Both the position numbers and the translations under genes were made by a program. A stretch of 45,455 bases of DNA, from the NCBI GenBank assembly GCA_964195275.1, contig CAXMPY010000001.1, positions 1 through 45,455 on the forward strand. The letters run 5' to 3'. Positions 30,389 to 38,613 of the stretch are shown here, in pieces. Positions within the stretch are counted from its first letter, which is position 1. Each line of letters opens with the position of its first letter. The DNA comes from an uncultured Rhodobacteraceae bacterium (lineage in GTDB: Bacteria; Pseudomonadota; Alphaproteobacteria; Rhodobacterales; Rhodobacteraceae). A model generated the notes under the pieces. It was given only the letters and a program-made list of their open reading frames with translations, was not told the origin of the DNA and did no database searches.

Positions 30389-31651
30389 ATGCGCTATATG
30401 GCAACTTACGATCTGATGGAAACCGCCCGCGTTGCCAACCAATGGCTGGGCGCGACCGCTCAGGCGTTCGGCAATGCTCCGGTGTTTGGGCTGGCCCCCA
30501 ACCCTATGGCGCAAATGATCGCGGCCTGGGGCGAAGTTACCGAACGTTCTTTTGCCCGCATGATGACCAAACCAGATTGGGGTATCGGTTCGGTCGTCGG
30601 TGATGACGGGCGTGACCATGTGGTTGATGTTGAAAATGTCCTGTCAAAACCCTTTGGCGATCTGTTGCATTTCAAAGTACAGGGCCGCAAAGAAAGTGCA
30701 CGCCGCGTTTTACTTTTGGCGCCGATGTCCGGCCATTATGCGACATTGTTACGATCCACCGTTGTTAGCCTGCTGCCGGATTGCGAAGTTTACATAACCG
30801 ATTGGCACAACGCGCGCGATATCCCCGCCAGCGCCGGTAAGTTTGATATCGAGGATTACACGCTATACCTGGTTGATTTCATGAAACATCTGGGCGCCAA
30901 CATTCATGTTGTTGCCGTTTGCCAACCGGCACCTCTGGCACTGGCTGCTACCGCCTATCTGGCGGAACAGGACACCAAGGCACAGCCACGATCGTTAACC
31001 TTGATCGGCGGCCCCATTGACCCAGACGCCGCAGCGACCGATGTCACCGACTTTGGTGCCCGGGTGACAATGGGCGTGTTGGAAGAAACCATGATCCAAC
31101 GGGTCAGTTTCAAATATGCCGGTGCCGGGCGCATGGTTTATCCGGGGCTTTTGCAACTGTCGTCGTTCATCGCGATGAACCGCGAAAAACATAACAAGGC
31201 CTTCACCGATCAGATTATGAACATTGCCAATGGCAGTGCCCGCGAACACGATCGACACAATCGGTTTTACGATGAATACTTGGCTGTCATGGACATGACC
31301 GCAGAGTTTTATCTGTCAACGGTTGAACGGATATTCAAAAACCGAGAAATCGCCAAAAACCAGTTTGTAGTCGCCGGACATAAGGTTGATATCGGCAAAA
31401 TTACCAATGTCGCCGTGAAAATCGTCGAAGGCGAAAACGATGACATCAGTGCGCCGGGGCAATGTTTGGCAGCCCTTGATTTGCTTACCGGTCTGCCGGA
31501 CAGCAAAAAAGCCAGCTATCTTGAACCAGGGGCAGGACATTATGGGATATTTGCTGGCCAAAGCTGGCGCAAAAATATCCGCCCGTTGGTTTTGGATTTC
31601 ATTGATGCAAATTCTGGTGCGAAAGTCAGTAAATTGCGCAAAGCCGGCTAA
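30389..31651 (+). CDS. phaZ: Intracellular polyhydroxyalkanoate depolymerase
   Basis: Protein of about 420 aa divergent from phaC; the pattern (LLLAPMSGHYATLLR...VCQPAP...) is typical of PhaZ1-type intracellular depolymerases. ATG 30389 with an AAGGA RBS is preferred over 30356. Confidence 0.85.
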   Translation: MRYMATYDLMETARVANQWLGATAQAFGNAPVFGLAPNPMAQMIAAWGEVTERSFARMMTKPDWGIGSVVGDDGRDHVVDVENVLSKPFGDLLHFKVQGRKESARRVLLLAPMSGHYATLLRSTVVSLLPDCEVYITDWHNARDIPASAGKFDIEDYTLYLVDFMKHLGANIHVVAVCQPAPLALAATAYLAEQDTKAQPRSLTLIGGPIDPDAAATDVTDFGARVTMGVLEETMIQRVSFKYAGAGRMVYPGLLQLSSFIAMNREKHNKAFTDQIMNIANGSAREHDRHNRFYDEYLAVMDMTAEFYLSTVERIFKNREIAKNQFVVAGHKVDIGKITNVAVKIVEGENDDISAPGQCLAALDLLTGLPDSKKASYLEPGAGHYGIFAGQSWRKNIRPLVLDFIDANSGAKVSKLRKAG

Positions 31652-32358
31652 CGCAGCACCAACGGTTCTTCCAACCAGGCACGTAACAATTTAGTTGTGG
31701 CTTCCGGCTGTTCAAGGGGTGGCAAATGCCCGGCACCCGGAACAACGGCGAGTTTCGCGCCATTCACAAGGGTCGCTAAAAATTTGTGCCGCCGAACTGG
31801 TGTTAACCGGTCAAGTTCGCCGCACAGTATCAGCGTCGGTATCTTCAATTTTCGCAATGTCTTTTGCTGATCTGGTCGGCGCTGCATCGCGCGCGCCTGT
31901 GCAACATAGCATTCTGCGCCCAACTCGATTGCCATACGGCCCAGCATTGCAAATATTTCAGCCCGGTTCGGGCCCGGTGCCAAGTCTTCAAGACTTAGAT
32001 CTTCAAGGACAACATCGTCAAACTTGCCGGATTTGGCCCGCACTATCCGTTCTTCGCGCGCCGCGGCTATCACCGAGGTTTCGGCCTGGGCGCTGGTGTC
32101 CATCAGGGCGATACGCGATATGCGGTCGGGCGCACGGCGCGCCATTTCCATTGCCACCACACCGCCAAGGTCATGCCCGGCCAGCGCGAACCGATGCGGA
32201 GCTTGCGACAATATCCGATCGGCCAATTTTTCAACGCGATCCGCCCCGGTAATCGGGGCCAGGTGGATCGGCCGATCGACAGACAGCGCAACGATTTGTG
32301 GTGCAAACAGTCGGGCATCGCACATCATTCCCGGCAACAATACCAGCGGTTCATTCAT
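31648..32358 (-). CDS. Alpha/beta-fold hydrolase
   Basis: 236-aa ORF with the nucleophile elbow GHDLGG and a C-terminal GAGHLPPLE histidine region. Confidence 0.75.
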   Translation of the reverse strand: MNEPLVLLPGMMCDARLFAPQIVALSVDRPIHLAPITGADRVEKLADRILSQAPHRFALAGHDLGGVVAMEMARRAPDRISRIALMDTSAQAETSVIAAAREERIVRAKSGKFDDVVLEDLSLEDLAPGPNRAEIFAMLGRMAIELGAECYVAQARAMQRRPDQQKTLRKLKIPTLILCGELDRLTPVRRHKFLATLVNGAKLAVVPGAGHLPPLEQPEATTKLLRAWLEEPLVLR

Positions 32359-32382
32359 TCAACGATTGCCTTTGTACTGCTT

Positions 32383-32402
32383 GGCGCCATGTTGATGGCG
32401 CC
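32383..32402. other. GC-rich intergenic hairpin between the two hydrolase genes
   Basis: GGCGCCAT (32383-32390) / ATGGCGCC (32395-32402) form a perfect 8-bp stem with a 4-nt loop GTTG. Neither strand has a flanking U-tract, so it is not a canonical terminator. Confidence 0.4.
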
Positions 32403-32478
32403 GGTCCCAAGGTCAACAATGGGGTCCTAAATCGGTCATATTGCGCGAGGCTGGGGCATCGCGGCCACAGGTAAGTCG

Positions 32479-33237
32479 CTAATCCTTGGCTTGCCCTGCC
32501 CGGTCAATCAGCTCGCCAACGGTATGTTCAATAATTTCAAAACAGTCTGGCGTTGAAAACCTGTGATCGGTGTCTTTAACCAGCGTCAGCCTAATGTCTG
32601 GCCCTTGGGCATGGTCCAATAAGCGCAAAGCCGTTTCAGGTGTAACAACAGTGTCGGCTTGGCCTTGCAAAAAACGCACCGGCATCGGCAGCGACAACGG
32701 CGCGCGCAGAACCAAATGTTCGCGTCCATCTTCGATCAAACGGCGGGTGATGATATAGGGCTCGTCAAAGTCCGACGGCATCGAAATTTGACCCTTTTCC
32801 AACAGTTGTTGGCGCTGTTGGGCCGTGAACTGGCCCCAAAACCCATCTTCCGTGAAATCGGCGGCGGTCGCGATGCCGACCAAACCTGCGATGCGCGCGC
32901 CAAACCTGCCGGCCAAAATCAGTGCAATCCAACCACCCATGCTGGACCCAACCACAATTTGTGGACCCGTTGTTAAAGCGTCGATTGCCTGTTCAGCGTC
33001 CTGGGCCCAGTCACCAATTGAACCATCGGTAAATTGCCCATCTGATTGACCATGCCCGGAATAATCAAGCCGTAGAAACGCGCGCCCGTTTGTTTGCGCC
33101 CATTGGTGTAAATGCAAGGCCTTGCTGCCTTCCATGTCTGAGTTCAGACCCCCCAAAAAAACCACACCGGGCCCGTTTCCGGACAGTTTTTCATAGGCTA
33201 TTCGTCGCCCCGCAGGGGTATTCAGGTATTTGGGCAC
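32479..33237 (-). CDS. Alpha/beta-fold hydrolase
   Basis: Nucleophile elbow GSSMGG and a DTDHRF histidine region. The ORF-track start (33669) runs antisense into thrS. I place the start at GTG 33237, preceded by GGAG with a 6-nt spacer ([18 protein letters not shown]...), giving 252 aa. Confidence 0.75.
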   Translation of the reverse strand: MPKYLNTPAGRRIAYEKLSGNGPGVVFLGGLNSDMEGSKALHLHQWAQTNGRAFLRLDYSGHGQSDGQFTDGSIGDWAQDAEQAIDALTTGPQIVVGSSMGGWIALILAGRFGARIAGLVGIATAADFTEDGFWGQFTAQQRQQLLEKGQISMPSDFDEPYIITRRLIEDGREHLVLRAPLSLPMPVRFLQGQADTVVTPETALRLLDHAQGPDIRLTLVKDTDHRFSTPDCFEIIEHTVGELIDRAGQAKD

Positions 33238-33342
33238 GATGGTCTCCGTTTTATTTTCGGCCAAGCTAACGAAACCCGGCCCAATGGCAATCTTGACTTT
33301 GTGGATGCAAAACGCGACATGGGGGTCACATACCCGCAACCG

Positions 33343-33359
33343 GGCGCTTCGTAGGCGCC
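33343..33359 (+). promoter_or_regulatory. tRNA-Thr anticodon-arm-like hairpin in the thrS leader (candidate translational operator)
   Basis: 5-bp stem GGCGC (33343-33347) / GCGCC (33355-33359) with a 7-nt loop UUCGUAG (33348-33354). The loop reads as U33, CGU (a Thr anticodon) and A37. The hairpin ends 8 nt upstream of the GAGGAG Shine-Dalgarno (33368-33373) and 20 nt upstream of the thrS ATG. Confidence 0.45.
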
Positions 33360-33379
33360 AAACCGACGAGGAGCCTGAC

Positions 33380-35326
33380 ATGGCCCAGATTACCCTTACC
33401 TTCCCTGATGGCAATTCGCGTGCATTTGACACCGGTATCACCCCCGGTGAAGTGGCAAGCGCCATTGCGACTTCGTTAGGCAAAAAGGCCATATCCGCAC
33501 AAATCGACGGTGCGCATTGGGATCTACAATGGTCGATTACACAGGACGCGCGCATCGCCATCAACACGATGGCCGATGAAGAAGCATCGCTTGAACTGAT
33601 CCGGCATGATCTGGCCCACGTAATGGCACGCGCCGTGCAGGATCTATGGCCGGACGTGAAAGTTACCATTGGTCCAGTGATCGAAAACGGCTGGTACTAC
33701 GATTTTGATCGCGCTGAATCGTTCACACCTGACGATCTGGGTGTGATCGAGAAGAAGATGAAAGAAATCATCAACAAACGTGATGTTGTGCGCACCGAGA
33801 TTTGGGAACGCGACCGCGCGATCAAACATTATCAGGACACAAACGAGCCCTATAAAGTTGAACTAATCCAGGCCATTCCCGGCGATGAACCGCTGCGCAT
33901 GTACTGGCATGGCGATTGGCAAGACCTGTGCCGTGGCCCGCATTTGCAGCATACCGGTCAACTGCCCGCGGACGCCTTCAAACTGATGTCGATTGCCGGG
34001 GCCTATTGGCGCGGCGACAGTGATCGGGCGATGTTACAACGTATTTACGGAGTCGCCTTTAAAAACCGTGATGGCCTAAAGGCCCATCTGCATATGCTGG
34101 AACAGGCAGCGCTGCGTGATCATCGAAAACTGGGCCGTGAAATGGATCTGTTTCACATGCAGGAAGAAGCGCCCGGTCAGGTGTTTTGGCATGCAAACGG
34201 CTGGCGCATCTTCACGACCGCACAGGCCTACATGCGCCGCAGACTGGACAAGGCGGGTTATGTCGAAGTGAACACACCCCAGGTTGTGGACCGCAAACTG
34301 TGGGAAGCCTCGGGCCACTGGGAAAACTATCAGGAACATATGTTCATTGTGGAGGTGGATGAGGAACACGCCCGAGAGAAACGCATCAACGCCCTGAAAC
34401 CGATGAACTGTCCCTGCCATGTGCAGATTTACAATCAGGGCCTGAAATCCTACCGCGACCTGCCACTGCGCATGGCCGAATTTGGTTCGTGTAATCGTTA
34501 CGAACCCTCGGGCGCGCTGCACGGTATAATGCGGGTGCGCGGTTTCACTCAGGACGATGCGCATATTTTCTGAACCGAAGACCAGATCGAAGACGAAACA
34601 GCGAAATTCATCGAGCTGTTGGCCAGTATTTACACCGATTTTGGCTTTGATAATTTCGACATAAAATTGTCGACCCGCCCGGAAAAACGGGTCGGTTCCG
34701 AAGAAAGCTGGGACCGGGTGGAAAACGCTCTGGAAAACGCGATCAAAAAGACCGGTGCCAGCTACGAGATTGACCCCGGAGAAGGCGCATTTTATGGCCC
34801 GAAACTGGATTTCAAACTGACCGACGCAATTGGGCGGGAATGGCAGCTGGGCACATTTCAGGTCGACCCGAACATGCCTGAACGGCTGGGCGCGAACTAT
34901 GTCGGCGAAGACGGTGCCAAACACCGCCCCTACATGCTGCACCGCGCCATTTTGGGTTCATTTGAGCGTTTTATCGGCATCCTGATCGAAAACTACGCCG
35001 GAAAATTCCCGCTATGGCTGGCACCTCGGCAGGTTGTTGTCGCCTCTATCATATCTGATGCGGACGATTTCGTGGCCGAAGTTGTTGCCGCCCTGCAAGC
35101 CGCTGGCATCCGGGCCGAAGCAGACATTCGCAACGAAAAAATCAACTACAAAGTCCGCGAACATTCGCTGGCTAAGGTGCCGGTTATTCTGGCCCTTGGT
35201 GCCCGAGAAGTTGAGAATCGCACCGTTACAGCGCGACGGCTGGGGGAAAAGCAGACACAGACCGTGGATTTGGACCGAATCGTGGCCGAACTGGCAATTG
35301 AGGCGCTGGCACCTGACCAAAAGTAA
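33380..35326 (+). pseudogene. thrS: Threonine--tRNA ligase interrupted by a single in-frame TGA (34571-34573) at the conserved Zn-ligand Cys codon
   Basis: ORF-track pieces 33230..34573 and 34619..35326 are in the same frame. Read-through gives ...[38 protein letters not shown]..., a full-length 648-position ThrRS (TGS, editing, class II core and anticodon-binding domains). The true start is ATG 33380 ([16 protein letters not shown]) with a GAGGAG RBS. I label it pseudogene only because of the stop; a sequencing error or recoding is not excluded. Confidence 0.9.
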
Positions 35327-35368
35327 GGTTTTGGGCGCTGTGCCAGAGTTTTTGCACATTTGCACCAC

Positions 35369-35428
35369 GGGCGCGCCACTAGATTTCGTAAGAACACCGC
35401 GCACGCGGCGTAGTGGTGCCCTTTTGTG
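35369..35428 (+). terminator. Possible thrS terminator (long imperfect hairpin plus T-tract)
   Basis: GGGC(gcg)CCACTA (35369-35381) pairs with TAGTGG(t)GCCC (35411-35421), followed by TTTTGTG. The 29-nt loop makes this uncertain. Confidence 0.35.
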
Positions 35429-35505
35429 CGAACATAAATCCAACGGTAATTCCGTGGAAATATGATTTTTCGCACCACAGGGCGTTATTACAAGTTGTAA
35501 ATCTA

Positions 35506-36528
35506 ATGGCAGATTATCAGCTTAATGGCTGGAAATACGCTGACAAGTTCGGCGTTAGCGCCGCCATCAAGGATCAGGGTCATCCACTGCGCGACGCCCC
35601 CCAAGTGTCCGAGGTTACGCTAGATATCGATGCGCAGGGTTTTGAAGTTGACGTTACCAGCGGCGCGTTAAGTGACAGTGATGTCATTGGGTCCAGCAGA
35701 CACCGAATTGAACTGGGCGAAAATCTGAAAATCGGCGGTCGGATTTTCGCGAAAGGATCGCGTATTCAGGCCCAGTATTCTTTTCGGACCGGTGGTTCAA
35801 ACCCGATTATCTTGATCATTGCGCTGATCGGTGTTGCCGATGGCGCGGCGAAACATCCCTCGGCGTGTATTGTGCTGACCACGACCGATTTGAAACCCGG
35901 TCAGAAACTGTCGCCAGCAAGTTTTGCCACCTCAACACGCGACGGTCCGAGCAAAAACTGTTTCGCGCGCGGCACACTGATCGACACGCCGCACGGTGCG
36001 CGGCCTATTGACCAACTTGAAGACGGTGACGAAATATTGGCCATAGACGGCGGTGTTACGCAAATCTCGTGGATCGGCCACCGCCGGGTTTCAGGTGTGG
36101 AATTGAGCCTAGATCCAAAGCTTCAACCAGTTCGCATAATGGCCGGTGCCTTGGCCGGTGGCCGGCCAGGTCAAGACCTTATCGTATCGCAGAACCATCG
36201 GTTATTGGTCGACGACTGGCGTGCGCCATACCTTTTTGGTGAGGACGAAATTTTGGTACCGGCCAAATCACTGCTGAACGATACCAATGTCATGCAGGAA
36301 TGTCCCTTGGGTGGTATCGACTATTATCACTTGCTGATGCAGGAACACGGCATGGTCTGCGCAAACGGTCTGTGGGCGGAATCGATGGTTCGCGATGCCG
36401 AAACGGTTGCCAAACTAAATCCCGCCCAACAATCGGAAATTGCACGGCATTTACCAGGCAAGCCCGACAATATTCGTGCATTTATGCCCGCCTTACCGCA
36501 TCACAGCCATGCTTGGGTCGCCGCTTAG
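35506..36528 (+). CDS. Hint (Hedgehog/intein-like, bacterial intein-like) domain-containing protein
   Basis: The C-terminal half starts at Cys152 (TGT 35959-35961): CFARGTLIDTPHGARPIDQLEDGDEILAIDGG...WIGHRR...PVRIMAGALAGGRPGQDLIVSQNHRLLV...EILVPAKSLLN...YYHLLMQEHGMVCANGLWAESM. This matches the Hint_2/B-type BIL pattern common in Rhodobacterales. The N-terminal 151 aa have no motif I recognise. Start placed at ATG 35506. Confidence 0.8.
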   Translation: MADYQLNGWKYADKFGVSAAIKDQGHPLRDAPQVSEVTLDIDAQGFEVDVTSGALSDSDVIGSSRHRIELGENLKIGGRIFAKGSRIQAQYSFRTGGSNPIILIIALIGVADGAAKHPSACIVLTTTDLKPGQKLSPASFATSTRDGPSKNCFARGTLIDTPHGARPIDQLEDGDEILAIDGGVTQISWIGHRRVSGVELSLDPKLQPVRIMAGALAGGRPGQDLIVSQNHRLLVDDWRAPYLFGEDEILVPAKSLLNDTNVMQECPLGGIDYYHLLMQEHGMVCANGLWAESMVRDAETVAKLNPAQQSEIARHLPGKPDNIRAFMPALPHHSHAWVAA

Positions 36529-36862
36529 GCCGTATCTGGCTGGGTTGCGGCCAGTGCCAAAACGCCACCCAGCGCGCACATCGCAATGGGGAACATGGTG
36601 AACACGCCAAAGCCAAAGCCATAGTACATGCCAGCAGCAGACAAGATCAGCAGCGCACCCCCAGCCCAGCCCGCGAACGTGCCATCGCGCCACCTGCAAT
36701 TGCTAACAGTGGCGAGAGCAGACTGACGGTTTGGATCAGGCGCACGTTATCCACTTGCTCTACAATATCAGGCACTTCGCCGAACCAAGCGACAAATTCA
36801 GTATATCCATAGCTGAAAAAGCCAACGATCATGCCAATTATTCCACCGATTACAACCAACAT
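36525..36862 (-). pseudogene. Small (about 112 aa) multi-TM membrane protein apparently disrupted by a 1-nt frameshift near 36680
   Basis: The 71-aa ORF is hydrophobic up to ...LLSPLLAIAGGAMA, then turns Arg-rich and stops. The frame reached by a -1 slip (equivalent to restoring one missing nucleotide) continues TFAGWAGGALLILSAAGMYYGFGFGVFTMFPIAMCALGGVLALAATQPDTA* with no start codon of its own. The total span is 338 nt, which is 3n-1. Confidence 0.45.
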
Positions 36863-36924
36863 CGGGCCGCATTACGCATCTATGTTCTCCTGTATCTGAC
36901 CTATAGATATGGACGCGCGGCGCA

Positions 36925-37251
36925 TTATCCAAGAAGCGCAGTTCGTGTTTTTAGCCCCAAACCCAGAAACAACTGCCCATCCAATTCAACAACGGGACGT
37001 TTCATCAGCGTTGGATGGCTGGTCAGCAGCTGTAAAGGTGGCCTTTGCCGGTCTTCATTTGATAAATTGCGCCAGGTGGTCGAGCGGCGATTCATCAAAT
37101 CATCACCAAATTCATCCCAAAATTGGACCAGATCATCGGGCCCAACCATGTGAGTGCGGACATCAATAATTTGCGGATTATAGCCAGATTCATTCAATTC
37201 ACGCACAGCCTTTCGACAACTATCGCAAGATTTCAACCCAAAAAACCGCAT
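36925..37251 (-). CDS. ArsC/Spx/YffB-family reductase-like protein
   Basis: 108-aa ORF MRFFGLKSCDSCRKAVRELNESG...LMKRPVV..., the pattern of the ArsC-family thioredoxin-like fold. Confidence 0.75.
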   Translation of the reverse strand: MRFFGLKSCDSCRKAVRELNESGYNPQIIDVRTHMVGPDDLVQFWDEFGDDLMNRRSTTWRNLSNEDRQRPPLQLLTSHPTLMKRPVVELDGQLFLGLGLKTRTALLG

Positions 37252-37467
37252 TGTTATCCATTCATTTCAGCAAGTTACGACCCTTTGGTCGCCATTGCAG
37301 TTGTTTCACTTGATTTTTTATCGATTCAGCCCAACTGTCCCAACCGTGACAACCATAATTTCTTGACGACCGTCCGCGTCATGGGGCAGCCGTAAAGTAA
37401 TACCACACTGGCTGCACCACACCGCCGCAATCCGCGGGCGGGATTTGACAAAGAAGGCAGGGTCAAA

Positions 37468-37674
37468 ATGGCTACTGGCACCGTAAAATGGTTCAATTCA
37501 ACCAAAGGATTTGGCTTTATTCAGCCCGAAGATGGCGGCAAAGATGTGTTTGTACATATCTCAGCCGTTGAACAGGCTGGACTGACCGGCTTGGCCGACG
37601 ACCAAAAAATCAGTTTTGAAATGGTTGAAGGGCGTGACGGGCGGCAATCTGCCGGCGAGCTCAAGCTGCTTTAG
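37468..37674 (+). CDS. cspA: Cold-shock protein (CspA family)
   Basis: 68-aa ORF MATGTVKWFNSTKGFGFIQPEDGGKDVFVHISAV with the RNP1/RNP2 motifs. Confidence 0.95.
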   Translation: MATGTVKWFNSTKGFGFIQPEDGGKDVFVHISAVEQAGLTGLADDQKISFEMVEGRDGRQSAGELKLL

Positions 37675-37847
37675 TTTATCAATTCGACCACGACGGCAGT
37701 GACGCTGCCAACCGCGTGGTTTCGTGCTTTAGAACCCACAATGCTCGGCCTGTTATTTGGCGCCGGGCAGTACACGCTGGATGTTGATGGTCCGGGGACG
37801 ACATATGTTGAGATATGGGCCGAACGTCTGGGGGCCGAACGGAATGG

Positions 37848-37982
37848 ATGTCAACATTCGGCATTGTCGATAATGCACAGGTATATGAAACACTCGAGGC
37901 GGAAACATATGCAGCCCCCGTGCGCGAGGCGCTGATCGGCATCGGTCGGAAAATGGTGTTGAATAACTATATCGGCGTTTGA
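37848..37982 (+). CDS. Candidate small ORF (44 aa; 55 aa if started at ATG 37815), unknown function
   Basis: Below the ORF-track size cutoff. It reads MSTFGIVDNAQVYETLEAETYAAPVREALIGIGRKMVLNNYIGV*. Composition is protein-like with G-rich first codon positions, unlike the Cys-rich tail of the exactly antisense 62-aa ORF. The RBS is weak. Confidence 0.25.
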   Translation: MSTFGIVDNAQVYETLEAETYAAPVREALIGIGRKMVLNNYIGV

Positions 37983-38013
37983 CAGTGAAAAATCGCTGAG
38001 GCCATCACGAATA

Positions 38014-38613
38014 TCAATCTTCGGCAAAGGCTCGACCACTTTGGACCGCGATTGTTACATCGGAACCAGCAGTGTTGATGGCGGAGTCCGCCAATGCCAA
38101 TGCAATCTCAGTGACCATAATATCGGCGATTGCCGCATAGTCAGTAGCAGCGCCCGATGCGGTCGTATTGTTAAAATTGGCGTAAAATTCATCGCCAACT
38201 TCCAAAATCATCTGATCAGGCATTTCACCATAGTGCCCGCCAAGCAAATCCTGCATGAAACCTTGGATATCGTCGCGCAGATCATCTAAACGGCCAACAT
38301 AGCGTGCCGTCCACAGCAACACCGAAAGGCCCGTACCCTGATCAATTGATTCAGCCATCATATCTGCAATCGATGGTTTTCCGGTGGTGGGGTTATAAAG
38401 GCCTTCAAATTCAAAACCGTACCGGTCTTCATGTTGTTCCGATAACGCACCACCCGGCCAGACGATTAGCCCGACATTCAGATCTTCTGTCTGATCCTGA
38501 AACCGGAACAAATTTCTGTAAGTCCCATACCGAACACCCAGCGCGTCGCTGCTGATTGCATCAATGCCTGCGTGATACGCGGTTTCGCCTGTGCGGATAA
38601 ATAGATTGTGCAT
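38014..38613 (-). CDS. Hypothetical protein (199 aa), no recognisable family
   Basis: ORF MHNLFIRTGETAYHAGIDAISSDALGVRYG...IVWPGGALSEQHEDRYGFEFEGLYNP... has protein-like composition. There is no signal peptide and no motif I can name. It is preceded by a 497-bp AT-rich spacer. Confidence 0.5.
   Translation of the reverse strand: MHNLFIRTGETAYHAGIDAISSDALGVRYGTYRNLFRFQDQTEDLNVGLIVWPGGALSEQHEDRYGFEFEGLYNPTTGKPSIADMMAESIDQGTGLSVLLWTARYVGRLDDLRDDIQGFMQDLLGGHYGEMPDQMILEVGDEFYANFNNTTASGAATDYAAIADIMVTEIALALADSAINTAGSDVTIAVQSGRAFAED

Noticed and set aside
32479-33669. 396-aa version of the alpha/beta hydrolase ORF
   Set aside because: The N-terminal part of about 140 aa is Ser/Ala/Arg/Cys-rich and lies antisense to the thrS 5' end and leader. 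A GTG with a GGAG RBS at 33237 gives a normal 252-aa hydrolase.
34571-34640. Possible SECIS element after the thrS TGA
   Set aside because: The only stem I can find is 8 bp with one mismatch (34583-34590 / 34611-34618), with a 20-nt loop and no obvious apical GU-containing loop at the canonical spacing. That is insufficient to claim Sec insertion, so I kept it only as a hypothesis to test.
34076-34942. 288-aa minus-strand ORF spanning the thrS TGA site
   Set aside because: It is a shadow ORF antisense to a clearly homologous ThrRS coding frame, with an implausible composition (F/V/H/R/Q-rich). It does not explain the TGA.
37672-37935. Open reading frame continuing in-frame past the cspA TAG stop (possible readthrough extension)
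   Set aside because: The same frame has a one-in-three chance of occurring. The immediate post-stop peptide (FINSTTTAVTLPTAWF...) has no Csp-related features, and CspA is complete at 68 aa.
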